A stretch of DNA of 64,000 bases, taken from positions 384,001 through 448,000 of the forward strand of contig CAWBMV010000012.1 in assembly GCA_963789955.1 (NCBI GenBank), read 5' to 3'. Below the pieces are notes generated by a model. The model had not been told where the DNA came from. It saw only the letters and a program-made list of their open reading frames with translations, and searched no databases. The translations under genes and the position numbers were made by a program. The stretch is from an uncultured Candidatus Rokubacteria bacterium (GTDB lineage Bacteria > Methylomirabilota > Methylomirabilia > Rokubacteriales > CSP1-6). Positions 45,915 through 55,322 of this stretch are shown one piece after another; within the stretch, counting starts at the first letter, position 1, and every line of letters starts with the position of its first letter.

Positions 45915-47059
45915 GTCCTAGCTCTTTGCCGGCAATGGGCTCGAGCCGCTCGAGCCGCACCGCGTGCTCCGACGTCGCCCGCCTGAAGGCATCGGCGACC
46001 TTGACGGCGCACCATCCGGACGCGAGAGCGCACACCAGCGCGGCGACCAGCGCGAGCGCAAGGTCAGCCGCAGACGGAAGCGCGTGACTCAGTGCGGGCA
46101 CGCGGCCGAGCACGGCCGCCGAGGTGGCGACCAGGGCCAGGCCGAAGACCGCGGAGCCGAGCCGCCAGCGGCGCAACGTGTCCGCGAAGGCCATCAGCGC
46201 CGCCGGCACGATTGGAATCAGGCGAAGGATCATCGATCGCCCGGGCACCGCTGCCGTTGCGGCGCGCCATCTCATGAGCTATGGCGACAGGGGAGGTCGG
46301 ATCGGCGGCGATCGCCTCCTCGATCGTCGAGGTCGGCTCGAGCAGCGCGAAGCCGAGGTCTCCGATCAACAGGATCGAGATCTGCACGAGCAGGGCTCCG
46401 ACGGTCAGGGCGAACGGCATCCCGCGACTTGTCCCAAGCCGCGCGACCAGGACCAGCGCGAACGTGAAGAACAGCGCGCCGAGCACCGGAAAGCTGAAGA
46501 AAAACACCGAGCCTCGACGAAAGGCCGTCTGGACCGACTGATCCACGGCGATGTAGAACGTCCCCAGCAGAAACACGCCGCTCGTCACGAGCGCCCACCA
46601 GCGCGCCCATCCGGCCGCGTAGACCTCGAGCGCGATCAGCAGCGTGCCGAGGTTCGAGACCTGGGAGCCCGCGAGCCCGAGCAGGTGGGGCGGGCTCCAG
46701 AGGGTCACGTCGAGCCCGAAGAGGCGGTGCCACAAATCGTCGACGGGCGCGGCGAGGATGACGATCGCCATGCCCCACCACGCCAGATGGAAGCCGCGCG
46801 TGCCGCGGAGCCCGACGATCGTCACCGTGCCGGCCGACGCCGCGCCGCCTCGCGCCCGCCACGTCTCGACGACGAGGACACCGAACGAGATCGCGCACGC
46901 GACGACGACGGATGCGTAGGTCATGACGTGTGGGGCGATCCAGAACGAATCGCGCCCGATGATGAGGTGCCAGCGGATGTCCCAGCCGACGCCCCAGCCT
47001 CCGACCAGCTTCGCGGCGAGCAACGCCCAGAGCGCGCGGCGCCGAACGATCATCGGCAC
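45911..47059 (-). CDS. Integral membrane protein with two PmoC/AmoC-like Asp/His metal motifs (apparent frameshift near 46250; stop inferred)
   Basis: WDIRWHLIIGRDSFWIAPH and DDLWHRLFGLDVTLWSPPH within a multi-TM protein. Confidence 0.7.
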
Positions 47060-47085
47060 GACGCCATGATACACTGCGCGCCGCA

Positions 47086-47457
47086 GTGATTGCCTCGTGG
47101 TGCTGGGACCTCATCGAGCCGTATCTCAAGCGCAACCTGCTCAATCGCGGCGTCGAGCGCCCGAGCCGCCGCGAGATCCTCGAAGAGTTCGCGCGGGTCT
47201 GGCCCGACTTCACGGCGACCATCGGAGTGCAAGAGCCCTGGGCCGGAACGATCCGCTTCAAGTGGCTGGTACGCTTGCCCTCGGGAGAGATGGAGTCGTT
47301 CCTGGACGATCCGACGGGCTGGATCGGCCATCGCTACGGGGGCGGCAAGTTCAAGATGAACCTGCACCACGGCCTGCACTTCGTGAACACGCGCAACTTC
47401 AAGCCCGAAGGCGATCCGCTGTGGCAGAGCTCGCCGGCGCTCGACGTGGACGCCTGA
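47086..47457 (+). CDS. Hypothetical protein
   Basis: Protein-like composition and GC3-biased codons; fills the gap. Confidence 0.7.
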   Translation: MIASWCWDLIEPYLKRNLLNRGVERPSRREILEEFARVWPDFTATIGVQEPWAGTIRFKWLVRLPSGEMESFLDDPTGWIGHRYGGGKFKMNLHHGLHFVNTRNFKPEGDPLWQSSPALDVDA

Positions 47458-47492
47458 GCGCGCCCGGCGGGGAGGGAAGACGTCGATGTCGA

Positions 47493-47669
47493 GTGACGAG
47501 ACGCGACCGCGTGCTGAAGCTCTTCGGTGTGGCGGTGACCAGCCTCGAGGAGGCGATCGACAACCGCGCGCCGATGGACGAGGTGATGAAGTGGGATCGC
47601 GAGGTCGCCGATCGGACGCGCGAGGTGCTCGCCCTCGTCGAGCGCCTGCGGAGCCGGCGGATCGGCTGA
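47493..47669 (+). CDS. Small helical hypothetical protein (58 aa)
   Basis: MTRRDRVLKLFGVAVTSLEEAID...; stop overlaps the next ATG (TGATG). Confidence 0.55.
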   Translation: MTRRDRVLKLFGVAVTSLEEAIDNRAPMDEVMKWDREVADRTREVLALVERLRSRRIG

Positions 47670-48493
47670 TGGCCGCGCGTGTCGACGCCTCGGGCGTGGC
47701 CGTCGAGCTGGCGCGGCCGCCCCGGCGAATCGTCTCGCTCGTCCCGAGCATCACCGAGACCCTGTGCGGCCTCGGGTTGGCCGACGCGCTGGTGGGGATC
47801 ACCGTCTACTGTGTCGAGCCGCGCGACGTGGTCAGCACCAAGACCCGCATCGGCGGCGAGAAGAATCCCGACCTCGAAAAGATCCGCGGGCTCGAGCCCG
47901 ATCTCGTCATCGCGAACATCGAAGAGAACCTGCGTGACCACGTCGACACGCTCCGCTCGTGGTCGATTCCAGTGTGGGTCACCTATCCGCGCACGGTCGC
48001 CGAGGGCATCCGACTGATCGCCGAGCTGGGGTCGGTGACGGGCACCGAGGCGCGCGCCCGCGCCATGCTGAGCGACATCGAGCCGCTCTACGAGCGCGTC
48101 GTGACGAGCGCGGCGCGGCGGCCTCCGGTCGCCGTCTTCTACCCGATCTGGCGCGGGCCGTACATGACGATCAACCGCGACACGTACATCCACGACATGC
48201 TCCGCGTCTGCGGGGGACGCAACGTGTTCGCCGATCGCCCGGAGCGCTATCCGACGGTGACCCTGGACGAGGTCGCGGCGCAGCGGCCGGCGGTGATCCT
48301 GCTGCCGGACGAGCCGTTTCGATTCAGACGCGCGCACCTGGCTGATTTCGCGGGATACGCCGATGTGCCCGCGGTGCGGGACGGGCGAATCCACCTCGTG
48401 GACGGGAAGCCCTTCTCCTGGCACGGGCCCCGGATCGCGGACGCGTTGCGCCGGCTGCCCGGGCTGATCGATCCGGCGGCTACGACTTCTTGA
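47669..48493 (+). CDS. BtuF-like helical-backbone (cobalamin/metal) binding protein with no signal peptide
   Basis: RRIVSLVPSITE, GIT.YC..P, IGGEKNPD, EEN, LPDEPF.F, DG..FSWHGPR. Confidence 0.85.
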   Translation: MAARVDASGVAVELARPPRRIVSLVPSITETLCGLGLADALVGITVYCVEPRDVVSTKTRIGGEKNPDLEKIRGLEPDLVIANIEENLRDHVDTLRSWSIPVWVTYPRTVAEGIRLIAELGSVTGTEARARAMLSDIEPLYERVVTSAARRPPVAVFYPIWRGPYMTINRDTYIHDMLRVCGGRNVFADRPERYPTVTLDEVAAQRPAVILLPDEPFRFRRAHLADFAGYADVPAVRDGRIHLVDGKPFSWHGPRIADALRRLPGLIDPAATTS

Positions 48494-48629
48494 GCGGCAG
48501 GATCCAGTCGAGCCAGGGCGCGGCGGCGGCCATGAACAATCCCGGGATCGCGACGCCCGCGACGAGGCCGACGATCGACAGGAAGACCAGCGAGATGAGC
48601 ATCACGCAGAGGTCGAGCAGCAGCGCCAT
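48480..48629 (-). CDS. Small membrane peptide (49 aa)
   Basis: MALLLDLCVMLISLVFLSIVGLVAGVAIPGLFMAAAAPWLDWILPLKKS, directly after the RidA-family gene. Confidence 0.5.
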   Translation of the reverse strand: MALLLDLCVMLISLVFLSIVGLVAGVAIPGLFMAAAAPWLDWILPLKKS

Positions 48630-48633
48630 GGCC

Positions 48634-49095
48634 TCACTCTACCTCGAGAACCATCTCGATCTCGACGGGAATGTTCACGGGTAGCCCGCCCATGCCGACC
48701 GCCGAGCGCGCGTGCTTGCCGATCGCCTCGCCGAACACCTCGACCATCAGGTCGGAGAAGCCGTTGATCACCTTGGGCTGGTCGCCGAAGCCGTCCGCCG
48801 AGTTCACCATGCCCAGCACCTTGACGACGCGGCGGACCTTGTCGAGGCTGCCGAGGTTGGCGCGCACCGTGGCGAGAAGCGCGAGACCGACTTCGCGCGC
48901 GACCTGATAGCCCTGCTCGACCGTGAGATCCTTGCCGACCTTGCCCTGCGAGGTCGCCTTGCCGTCGCGAATCGGACCGTGGCCCGAGACGAAGAGGAGA
49001 TTGCCGGTCCGCACGGCGCCCACGTAGTTCGCCAGCGGGCTGGTCGTCTTCGGCAAGGTGATGTTCTTTTCTTTCAGTCGTGCTTCGGCGCTCAT
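48634..49095 (-). CDS. RidA/YjgF family protein
   Basis: ANYV..VRTGNLLFVSG, VINGFSDL, HARSAVG..LP.NIPVEIE; SD GGAGG. Confidence 0.92.
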   Translation of the reverse strand: MSAEARLKEKNITLPKTTSPLANYVGAVRTGNLLFVSGHGPIRDGKATSQGKVGKDLTVEQGYQVAREVGLALLATVRANLGSLDKVRRVVKVLGMVNSADGFGDQPKVINGFSDLMVEVFGEAIGKHARSAVGMGGLPVNIPVEIEMVLEVE

Positions 49096-49151
49096 ACGTC
49101 GTCCTCCACGAAGTGCATGACAGCGGCCGCGCCATCGTGGCACACTACCTC

Positions 49152-49953
49152 GTGTCCGTCAAACCTGCGCCGGTGACGCCGGTCCCGGCCGCCACGCTCG
49201 TCCTCTTCGCGAAATCGCTCGGCGGGCGCGTTCGAGGTCTTGTTGATCCGCCGTCACACCGCGAGCAAGTTCGCCGCCGGCGACTTCGTGTTTCCAGGCG
49301 GCAAGATCGAGGTCAGCGACGGCCCCGACGATGCCGCCGCCTGGTGCCGGAGCATCGACGCCGCGCAGGCCGCGCGCCGGCTCGGCCTCGCCGCGGCGCC
49401 GTCGGCGGCGCTCGGCCACTGGGTGGGCGTGATTCGCGAGACGTTCGAGGAAGTGGGGATCCTGCTCGCCTACGCGCGCCGACGGCCGGCCTGTCCGCCT
49501 CGACCGCGAGCGGTACGCGGCGTATCGACGCGCGTGTCAGGCCGATCACCGCGCGTTCTGGGAGATGCTGCGCGCCGAGCGCCTGACCCTGGCGACCGAC
49601 ACACTCGTGTACTTCGCCCACTGGATCACGCCGGAGGTTCAGCCGCTGCGCTTCGACACCCGCTTCTTCGCCGCGACGATGCCCGAGGGGCAGGAGGCCA
49701 TCGCCGACGAGCGCGAGATCACCGAGGTGCGATGGCTGACACCGGGCGAGGCGATCGACGGCGAACGCGCGCGGGCAGCTCTCGCTCCGCAATCCGACCG
49801 TGAAGAATCTGCAGCTCTTCGACGGCGCCGCGACGACCGCCGCGGCGCTCGACGCGACTGAACGGGCGAGAGGTGCGCACGATCCTCCCGCGGGTGATCA
49901 TCGAGGGCGACAAGCGACGCGTGATCCTGCCCGGCGAGCCCGGCTACTTCTGA
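49152..49953 (+). CDS. NUDIX hydrolase, NUDT19-like (several apparent frameshifts)
   Basis: PAATLVL, FVFPGGK, IRETFEEVG, HWITP....RFDTRFF. Confidence 0.8.
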
Positions 49954-49974
49954 TCGCCCGCTAGCACCCTGCCG

Positions 49975-51216
49975 CTATCGCGTCGCGCCCTGTCCTGGCT
50001 GACGCGCGTTCACCAGCACCGCCATGTTGCCGTAGGGGTGCTTGTTCTCGAGCATCAGCTGGTGGCATTCGGGGATGTCGTCGTACGCGTAGGTGTGACT
50101 GAGGCACGGATCGACCTTCCCCTCGCTCACGAGCTTCGTGACGTCGGCGGCCTGCGGATCGTTCGAGAGATGGCTGCCCTGGAACCGCTTCTGGCGCATC
50201 CACTGATAGCGCAGGTCCATCGTCGCGGTATAGCCGGTGGTGCCGGCGCAGATGACGACCATCCCGCCCGTCGAGCACACGAAGACCGACGTCGGTAAGG
50301 TCGACTCGCCCGGATGCTCGAAGACGATGCGCGGGCTGACCCGCTCGCCCAGACCATCCCAGATCGCCTTGCCGAACGCGCGCGCGCCCTTCGCCCACTC
50401 GCCGTAGGCCTTCGTGTCCGCCGTGTTCGGCATCGCGCCCCAGTGGCTGAACTGGTTACGGTTGATCACCGCCGCCGCGCCGTGCTCCTGGCAGAACTTC
50501 CGCTTCGCGTCGTCCGAGACGATGGCGACCGCGCGACCGCCGACGGCGCGCGTGATCTCGAGCGCCATGCTGCCGAGGCCGCCCGCCGCGCCCCAGACGA
50601 GGACGACGTCGCCCGGCTCGATGACGTGGGGCGGCCAGCCCATGAGCATCCGGTAGGCGGTCGAGGCGCAGAGCAGGAAGCAGCCGGCTTCTTCCCAGGT
50701 GAGCCGCTTCGGCTTCGGCACGCACTGATGGGCCTGGCAGCGGGCGAACTGGCAGAAGCTTCCGTAGTTGGTCTGATAGCCCCAGATGCGCGTGCTCTCG
50801 GCGAGCATCGGATCCTTGCCCGAGCGGACCCACGGATCATCGGGCCGCCACCATCCGCTGTGCACGATCACCTCGTCGCCGACCTTGACCGTCTTCACGT
50901 CGCGGCCGACCGCCCACACGATTCCCGAGCAGTCGCTGCCGCCGGCGTGGAAGTCTTCGGGCTCGCCGGCGCGCTGCCGCTCGGCGATCACGTCGACGGG
51001 CGTGCCGAGGGCGGCCCAGACGTTGTTGTAGTTGATGCCGGACGCCATGACGTAGACGAGCACCTCGTCGGGTCCGAGCGTCGGCGTCGGGATCACCTCG
51101 CGGCGCCACGCGTCGCGGGGCTGGCCGAATCGATTCTGGCGGACCAGAAAGGCGTGCATGCGGGTGGGAACTTCGCCGAGGGGCGGCCGCTCACCGAGCT
51201 CGCAGAGGTCGATCAT
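49975..51216 (-). CDS. ccr: Crotonyl-CoA carboxylase/reductase family
   Basis: MASGINYNNVW, GSDCSG.VW, IWGYQTNYGSF, TAYRML, WMRQKRFQGSH. Confidence 0.9.
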   Translation of the reverse strand: MIDLCELGERPPLGEVPTRMHAFLVRQNRFGQPRDAWRREVIPTPTLGPDEVLVYVMASGINYNNVWAALGTPVDVIAERQRAGEPEDFHAGGSDCSGIVWAVGRDVKTVKVGDEVIVHSGWWRPDDPWVRSGKDPMLAESTRIWGYQTNYGSFCQFARCQAHQCVPKPKRLTWEEAGCFLLCASTAYRMLMGWPPHVIEPGDVVLVWGAAGGLGSMALEITRAVGGRAVAIVSDDAKRKFCQEHGAAAVINRNQFSHWGAMPNTADTKAYGEWAKGARAFGKAIWDGLGERVSPRIVFEHPGESTLPTSVFVCSTGGMVVICAGTTGYTATMDLRYQWMRQKRFQGSHLSNDPQAADVTKLVSEGKVDPCLSHTYAYDDIPECHQLMLENKHPYGNMAVLVNARQPGQGATR

Positions 51217-52229
51217 GCGTTGAATTCCTTGATGAACCGGGGGAGCCGAGGATCATCGAGCCCCGGCTGATAGGGTTGATAGAGCGCCGTGCTGTCGAGG
51301 AGCCCGGTGTAGCGGGCTTTGAGCTTGGCGCCGACCGTGTCGTAGCTTCCGGTGACCGCGAAGGTGTCGAGCATCTCGTCGGTGATCAGGTCGGCCATGC
51401 CGGCCCAGTCGCCTTCGACCGATTTCCGGTGAAGGGCCGGCGTCAGATCCTGCCAGCCGTGGGTCGCGAGCACGGGCTCGTAGGTCCGCGTCGAGGCATA
51501 GAAGGCGATCTGCTGCTTCACCGCGCGGCGATTCTTCGCCAGCTCCTCCTCGGTGTCGCCGACGACGACGAAGCTCGAGGTCGTGTAGGTGAAGTCCGAG
51601 CGCTTGCGGCCCGAGGTGCGCAGCCCCTCTTCCACGGCCGGGTGGACGTACTCGCGCAGGTACTTCGGGCTGTTGAACGGGTGCACGTGCAGGCCGTCGC
51701 ACACCTCGCCGGCGATCCGGCACATGTAGTGATTGACGCCCGCGATGTAGATCGGGACCTTCGGGTTCGCGATCGGCCCGGGATTGAAGAACGGCGTCAT
51801 CAGGTCGAAGCGGTAGAACTGGCCCTTGAAGGCGAGCTTGGTCCCGTTCTGCCAGCAATCCCAGATGTGCCGGAGCGCCAGGACGATCTCGCGCATCTTC
51901 GGTCCGGGTGACTCGAACTTCACCGAGAAGCGCCGCTCGTTGTGACCCTTGACCTGCGTGCCGAGGCCGAGGATGAACCGGCCGTCGGAAGCCTTCTGCA
52001 GGTCCCATGCGATGTGCGCGATGATCATGGGACTGCGCGGGAAGGCCACGGCGATCGCGGTGCCGAGACGGATCGACGAGGTGACCCCGGCGGCGACGGC
52101 GAGCGGAAGAAACGGGTCGTGCTGCGTCTCGGAGGACCACAGACAGTCGTAGCCGAGCGCTTCGACCTTTCTCGCGTACGCGGGGATCGACTTCAGATCG
52201 TGCGTCAGCATGCCGACGTCGAGCTTCAC
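51213..52229 (-). CDS. LLM-class F420-dependent oxidoreductase (TIGR03617-like)
   Basis: ETQHDPF, AFPRSP, LGLGTQVKGHNERRF, MTPFF.P, FYASTRTY; GTG after GAGGAG. Confidence 0.88.
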   Translation of the reverse strand: MKLDVGMLTHDLKSIPAYARKVEALGYDCLWSSETQHDPFLPLAVAAGVTSSIRLGTAIAVAFPRSPMIIAHIAWDLQKASDGRFILGLGTQVKGHNERRFSVKFESPGPKMREIVLALRHIWDCWQNGTKLAFKGQFYRFDLMTPFFNPGPIANPKVPIYIAGVNHYMCRIAGEVCDGLHVHPFNSPKYLREYVHPAVEEGLRTSGRKRSDFTYTTSSFVVVGDTEEELAKNRRAVKQQIAFYASTRTYEPVLATHGWQDLTPALHRKSVEGDWAGMADLITDEMLDTFAVTGSYDTVGAKLKARYTGLLDSTALYQPYQPGLDDPRLPRFIKEFNA

Positions 52230-52314
52230 GGGCTTCTCCTCTCGAGGGCTGTCCGACGCCATTGTAGCGGACTGCGTGAAACCGCGACAGGTGCTGCGCC
52301 GGCGATGGAGCGCC

Positions 52315-53664
52315 TCAGCGCCGTCCGGTTTCCCAGGCGCCCAGGCGGATCGCACCGGCCAGGGTCGAGCCGAAGAGCACGAGCGCCAGCGCCATCACGG
52401 CAAAGAGCGCGGTGAGCTCACCGGGCAGCTGGTGGAGGATCAGCCAGCCGCCCGCCGCCGCGCTGACCAGACGCAGGCTGCCGGCGAGAAGCGGCCACAA
52501 GAGGCGCCCGGCGCCCTGCGATGCGAAGTACAGCGCGAGCCCGAGGCCGAAGAACCCGTACGCCGGGCCGACGACGCGCAGGTATGCGGATCCGGCCGCG
52601 AGCACGGCGGGCTCGTTGCTGAACAGTCCGAGCCACGCGTTGGGGAAGAAGGCGGCGGCGAGCCCGATCGCCTCGGTGGCGCCGGCCGCGATCAGGGCTC
52701 CGGTCCACGCCACGCGCCGGGCGCGCGCGCGCTGGCCCGCGCCGAAGTTGGTGCCGACCATCGTGACGAGCGCAGAGCCGAAGCCGAAGACGAACGGGAT
52801 CAGAAGGTACTCGAGGCGCACGCCCATGCCGTAGCCCGCGAGCGCGAACGTGCCGAATGGCCCGACGAGCGCGGTGAGGAGGACCACGGTCAGGTTCGTC
52901 ATGACGTTGTTGACCAGGCTCGGCCCGCCGACGCGCAGGATCTGGGCGAACAGCCCGCGCTCGAAGCGCAGAGTCGGCGACAGCCGAATGAGGCTTCGCC
53001 CCGAGACGAGATAGGCGAAGAGCACGAGGGTCCCGGCCACGTAGTACGCCACGACGGCGAGCGCGGCGCCCGTCACTCCCAGACGCGGAAACGGTCCCCA
53101 GCCGAAGATCAGCGCGGGCGAGAGGCTGACGAGAAACGGACTGCCGCCCAGGACGACGGCCGCCGGCAGCAGCATGTTGCCGGTGCCGCGCACGGCGCTC
53201 GCCAGGGTGTTGAAGAGCCAGACCGCGGCGGCGCCGGCGAAGATCACGTTCGAGTAGGCGAGCGCGGCGGCGAGGGCACCGTCGCGCGCGCCCATCGCGT
53301 AGTAGATCGCGTGTCCGGCGCCGAGCACGATCACCGTGAACGCCGCCGCCATGGCCAGCGCGATCACGATCGCGTGCGTCACCAGCCGGCTCGCGTCGGC
53401 GCCGCGGCCTGCCCCGAGCGCCCGCGCCACGGCCGAGGCGACACCGCCGCCCATACCGCCGGCCGACATCGTCTGCATCAGCATGACCAGGGGAAAGGTG
53501 ACCGAGACGCCGGCCAGCGCGTCGGCGCCGAGCCAGCCGACGTAGTAGGCCTCGAGGATACTGATCGCGACCTGGGCGACCAGCATGACCACGTTGGGGG
53601 CCGCCAGGCGCAGGAGCGTCGGGGCAATGGGCCCTTCGAGCAGCCGTCGAGTCGAGGGATCCAT
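52315..53664 (-). CDS. MATE family efflux transporter
   Basis: LLRLAAP, ALAGVS..FP, RGTGNM..P, GTNFGAG; 12 TM. Confidence 0.92.
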   Translation of the reverse strand: MDPSTRRLLEGPIAPTLLRLAAPNVVMLVAQVAISILEAYYVGWLGADALAGVSVTFPLVMLMQTMSAGGMGGGVASAVARALGAGRGADASRLVTHAIVIALAMAAAFTVIVLGAGHAIYYAMGARDGALAAALAYSNVIFAGAAAVWLFNTLASAVRGTGNMLLPAAVVLGGSPFLVSLSPALIFGWGPFPRLGVTGAALAVVAYYVAGTLVLFAYLVSGRSLIRLSPTLRFERGLFAQILRVGGPSLVNNVMTNLTVVLLTALVGPFGTFALAGYGMGVRLEYLLIPFVFGFGSALVTMVGTNFGAGQRARARRVAWTGALIAAGATEAIGLAAAFFPNAWLGLFSNEPAVLAAGSAYLRVVGPAYGFFGLGLALYFASQGAGRLLWPLLAGSLRLVSAAAGGWLILHQLPGELTALFAVMALALVLFGSTLAGAIRLGAWETGRR

Positions 53665-53703
53665 AGTGACTAGCTATTCTATAGTGACTAGCTTTTCTGT
53701 CAA
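53663..53703. promoter_or_regulatory. Tandem 18-bp direct repeat (candidate operator) overlapping a sigma-70-like promoter for the MATE gene
   Basis: ATAGTGACTAGCTATTCT / ATAGTGACTAGCTTTTCT; minus strand TTGACA-N16-TAGAAT. Confidence 0.7.
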
Positions 53704-53726
53704 GACCCTGCGATACACTGAGAACC

Positions 53727-54182
53727 GTGCCCAAGCGTTATGGTCAGGCCTGTCCGGTCGCGAAGTCGCTCGAGCTGGTCGGCGACCGCTGGACGCTTCT
53801 GCTCGTGCGCGACATGCTGCGCGGCGCGCGGCGGTTCCAGGATTTCCAGCGGAGCCTGCCCGGGATTCCACCCAACATCCTCTCGGATCGGCTCAAGCTG
53901 ATGGATGAGCACGGGCTCGTGACACGCCGGTTCTACTCGGACCATCCGCCGCGGGCCGAGTACGTGCTGACCGACAAGGGGCGAGAGCTCGGGGTGGTGG
54001 TGGGGGCGCTGGCGGCGTGGGGCTCGCGGCACGTCCATCGGCAGACCGCGCTGGTGCACGCCGAGTGCGGCCATCCGGTGGAGATCAAGTACTTCTGCCC
54101 GCAGTGCGCCGGTCGGGTGCGCGGCGCGACCGTCGAGCTGCGGCGGCGATCCGCGGCCGCGAAGACGGCGAAGCGGTCCTAG
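53727..54182 (+). CDS. HxlR-family winged-helix regulator
   Basis: YGQACPVAKSLELVGDRWTLL, PPRAEY.LT.KG, C-terminal HAECG..CPQC. Confidence 0.92.
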   Translation: MPKRYGQACPVAKSLELVGDRWTLLLVRDMLRGARRFQDFQRSLPGIPPNILSDRLKLMDEHGLVTRRFYSDHPPRAEYVLTDKGRELGVVVGALAAWGSRHVHRQTALVHAECGHPVEIKYFCPQCAGRVRGATVELRRRSAAAKTAKRS

Positions 54183-55306
54183 GTCTGTCGGATGCGCTGG
54201 GGTAATGCGCCCAGCACGGCACGCGCTTCGCGGATGACGGTCGTCACGACCTCGCCGGCGCCCGGAAGGTCGCGAATCAGCCCCACGCTCTGTCCGGCCA
54301 TCATCGGATAGTAGTCGGCATCGCCCTGCTTGAGCGCCGCAACGAACACGTCGTCCGCGGCCGCGCGCTGGACGAGGGGCGGCAGCACGGGCGCGCCGGA
54401 CTCGGCGTACTCGCGGGTGAAGCGATTGGCGAGCGCGCGCGCCCAGAGCCCGCTCAGCGTGTCCGTGAGCGTCGTCGCGCCGCTCTCGCTCTCGAGCAGG
54501 CGCTTCTTGTAGAGCTCGGGGGCCATCGATTCGCGCGTGGCCACGAACCGCGTTCCCAGCAGGACGCCGCTCGCGCCGAGGGCGAGGGCGGCGACCAGCC
54601 CTCGACCGTCGGCGACTCCGCCCGCCGCCACGACGGGGACGTTCACGGCGTCGACCACCTGGGGCAGCAGCGCCATCGTCCCGATGGTCGTGGATTCGGA
54701 AGACGCGGGCTTGCCGTCGATCGAGCGGTGGCCGCCGGCTTCGCCGCCCTGAGCCACGATGACGTCGGCGCCGTCGGCGGCCGCGGCGCGTGCGTCCTCC
54801 ACGTTCGAGACCATCGCGAGCATCTTGATCCCGCGCCGGCGACACTGTTCGACGAGCGCCGGCTCGAGCCAGCCGAGCGCGGCCGAGAACACCGCCGGCC
54901 GCTCGTCGAGCACGACCTCGACCGCCGCATTGACGACGTCGGGGGCGCGCCCGGGCCGAGCCGTCGTCGCCGGAATGCCGAGGCGCTGGCGGAACTGGTT
55001 CAGCATTTCCTGCGCGCCCCGCAGGGTCTCGTCGCCGATCGCATCGGGATCGATCGGCGGCCTGAGCGCGCGGTGGAGCCACAGATTCACCCCGAACGGG
55101 CGGTCGGTCAGCTCCCGGACTCGACGGATCATCACGCGCAGCCGGTCCGGCGGCACGTTGAGCCCGGCGAGGATGCCGAGCCCGCCCGCGCGGCACACTT
55201 CGGCGACGAGCTCGGGGCCGGCGATGGCGCCCATGCCGGACTGGACGATCGGATAGTCGATGCCGATGAGATCGCACAGCGCCGTGCGAAAGATCATCTC
55301 GCGCAC
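54179..55306 (-). CDS. Nitronate monooxygenase family flavoprotein
   Basis: PIVQSGMG, PFGVNL, QGGEAGGH, AAGGVADG, GTRF. Confidence 0.9.
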   Translation of the reverse strand: MREMIFRTALCDLIGIDYPIVQSGMGAIAGPELVAEVCRAGGLGILAGLNVPPDRLRVMIRRVRELTDRPFGVNLWLHRALRPPIDPDAIGDETLRGAQEMLNQFRQRLGIPATTARPGRAPDVVNAAVEVVLDERPAVFSAALGWLEPALVEQCRRRGIKMLAMVSNVEDARAAAADGADVIVAQGGEAGGHRSIDGKPASSESTTIGTMALLPQVVDAVNVPVVAAGGVADGRGLVAALALGASGVLLGTRFVATRESMAPELYKKRLLESESGATTLTDTLSGLWARALANRFTREYAESGAPVLPPLVQRAAADDVFVAALKQGDADYYPMMAGQSVGLIRDLPGAGEVVTTVIREARAVLGALPQRIRQT

Positions 55307-55322
55307 TCCTCGTCCTCGAGCG

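Noticed and set aside
45911..47059. Evidence for methane or ammonia oxidation
   Set aside because: Only motif-level similarity to PmoC/AmoC, with no A or B subunit genes in the window.
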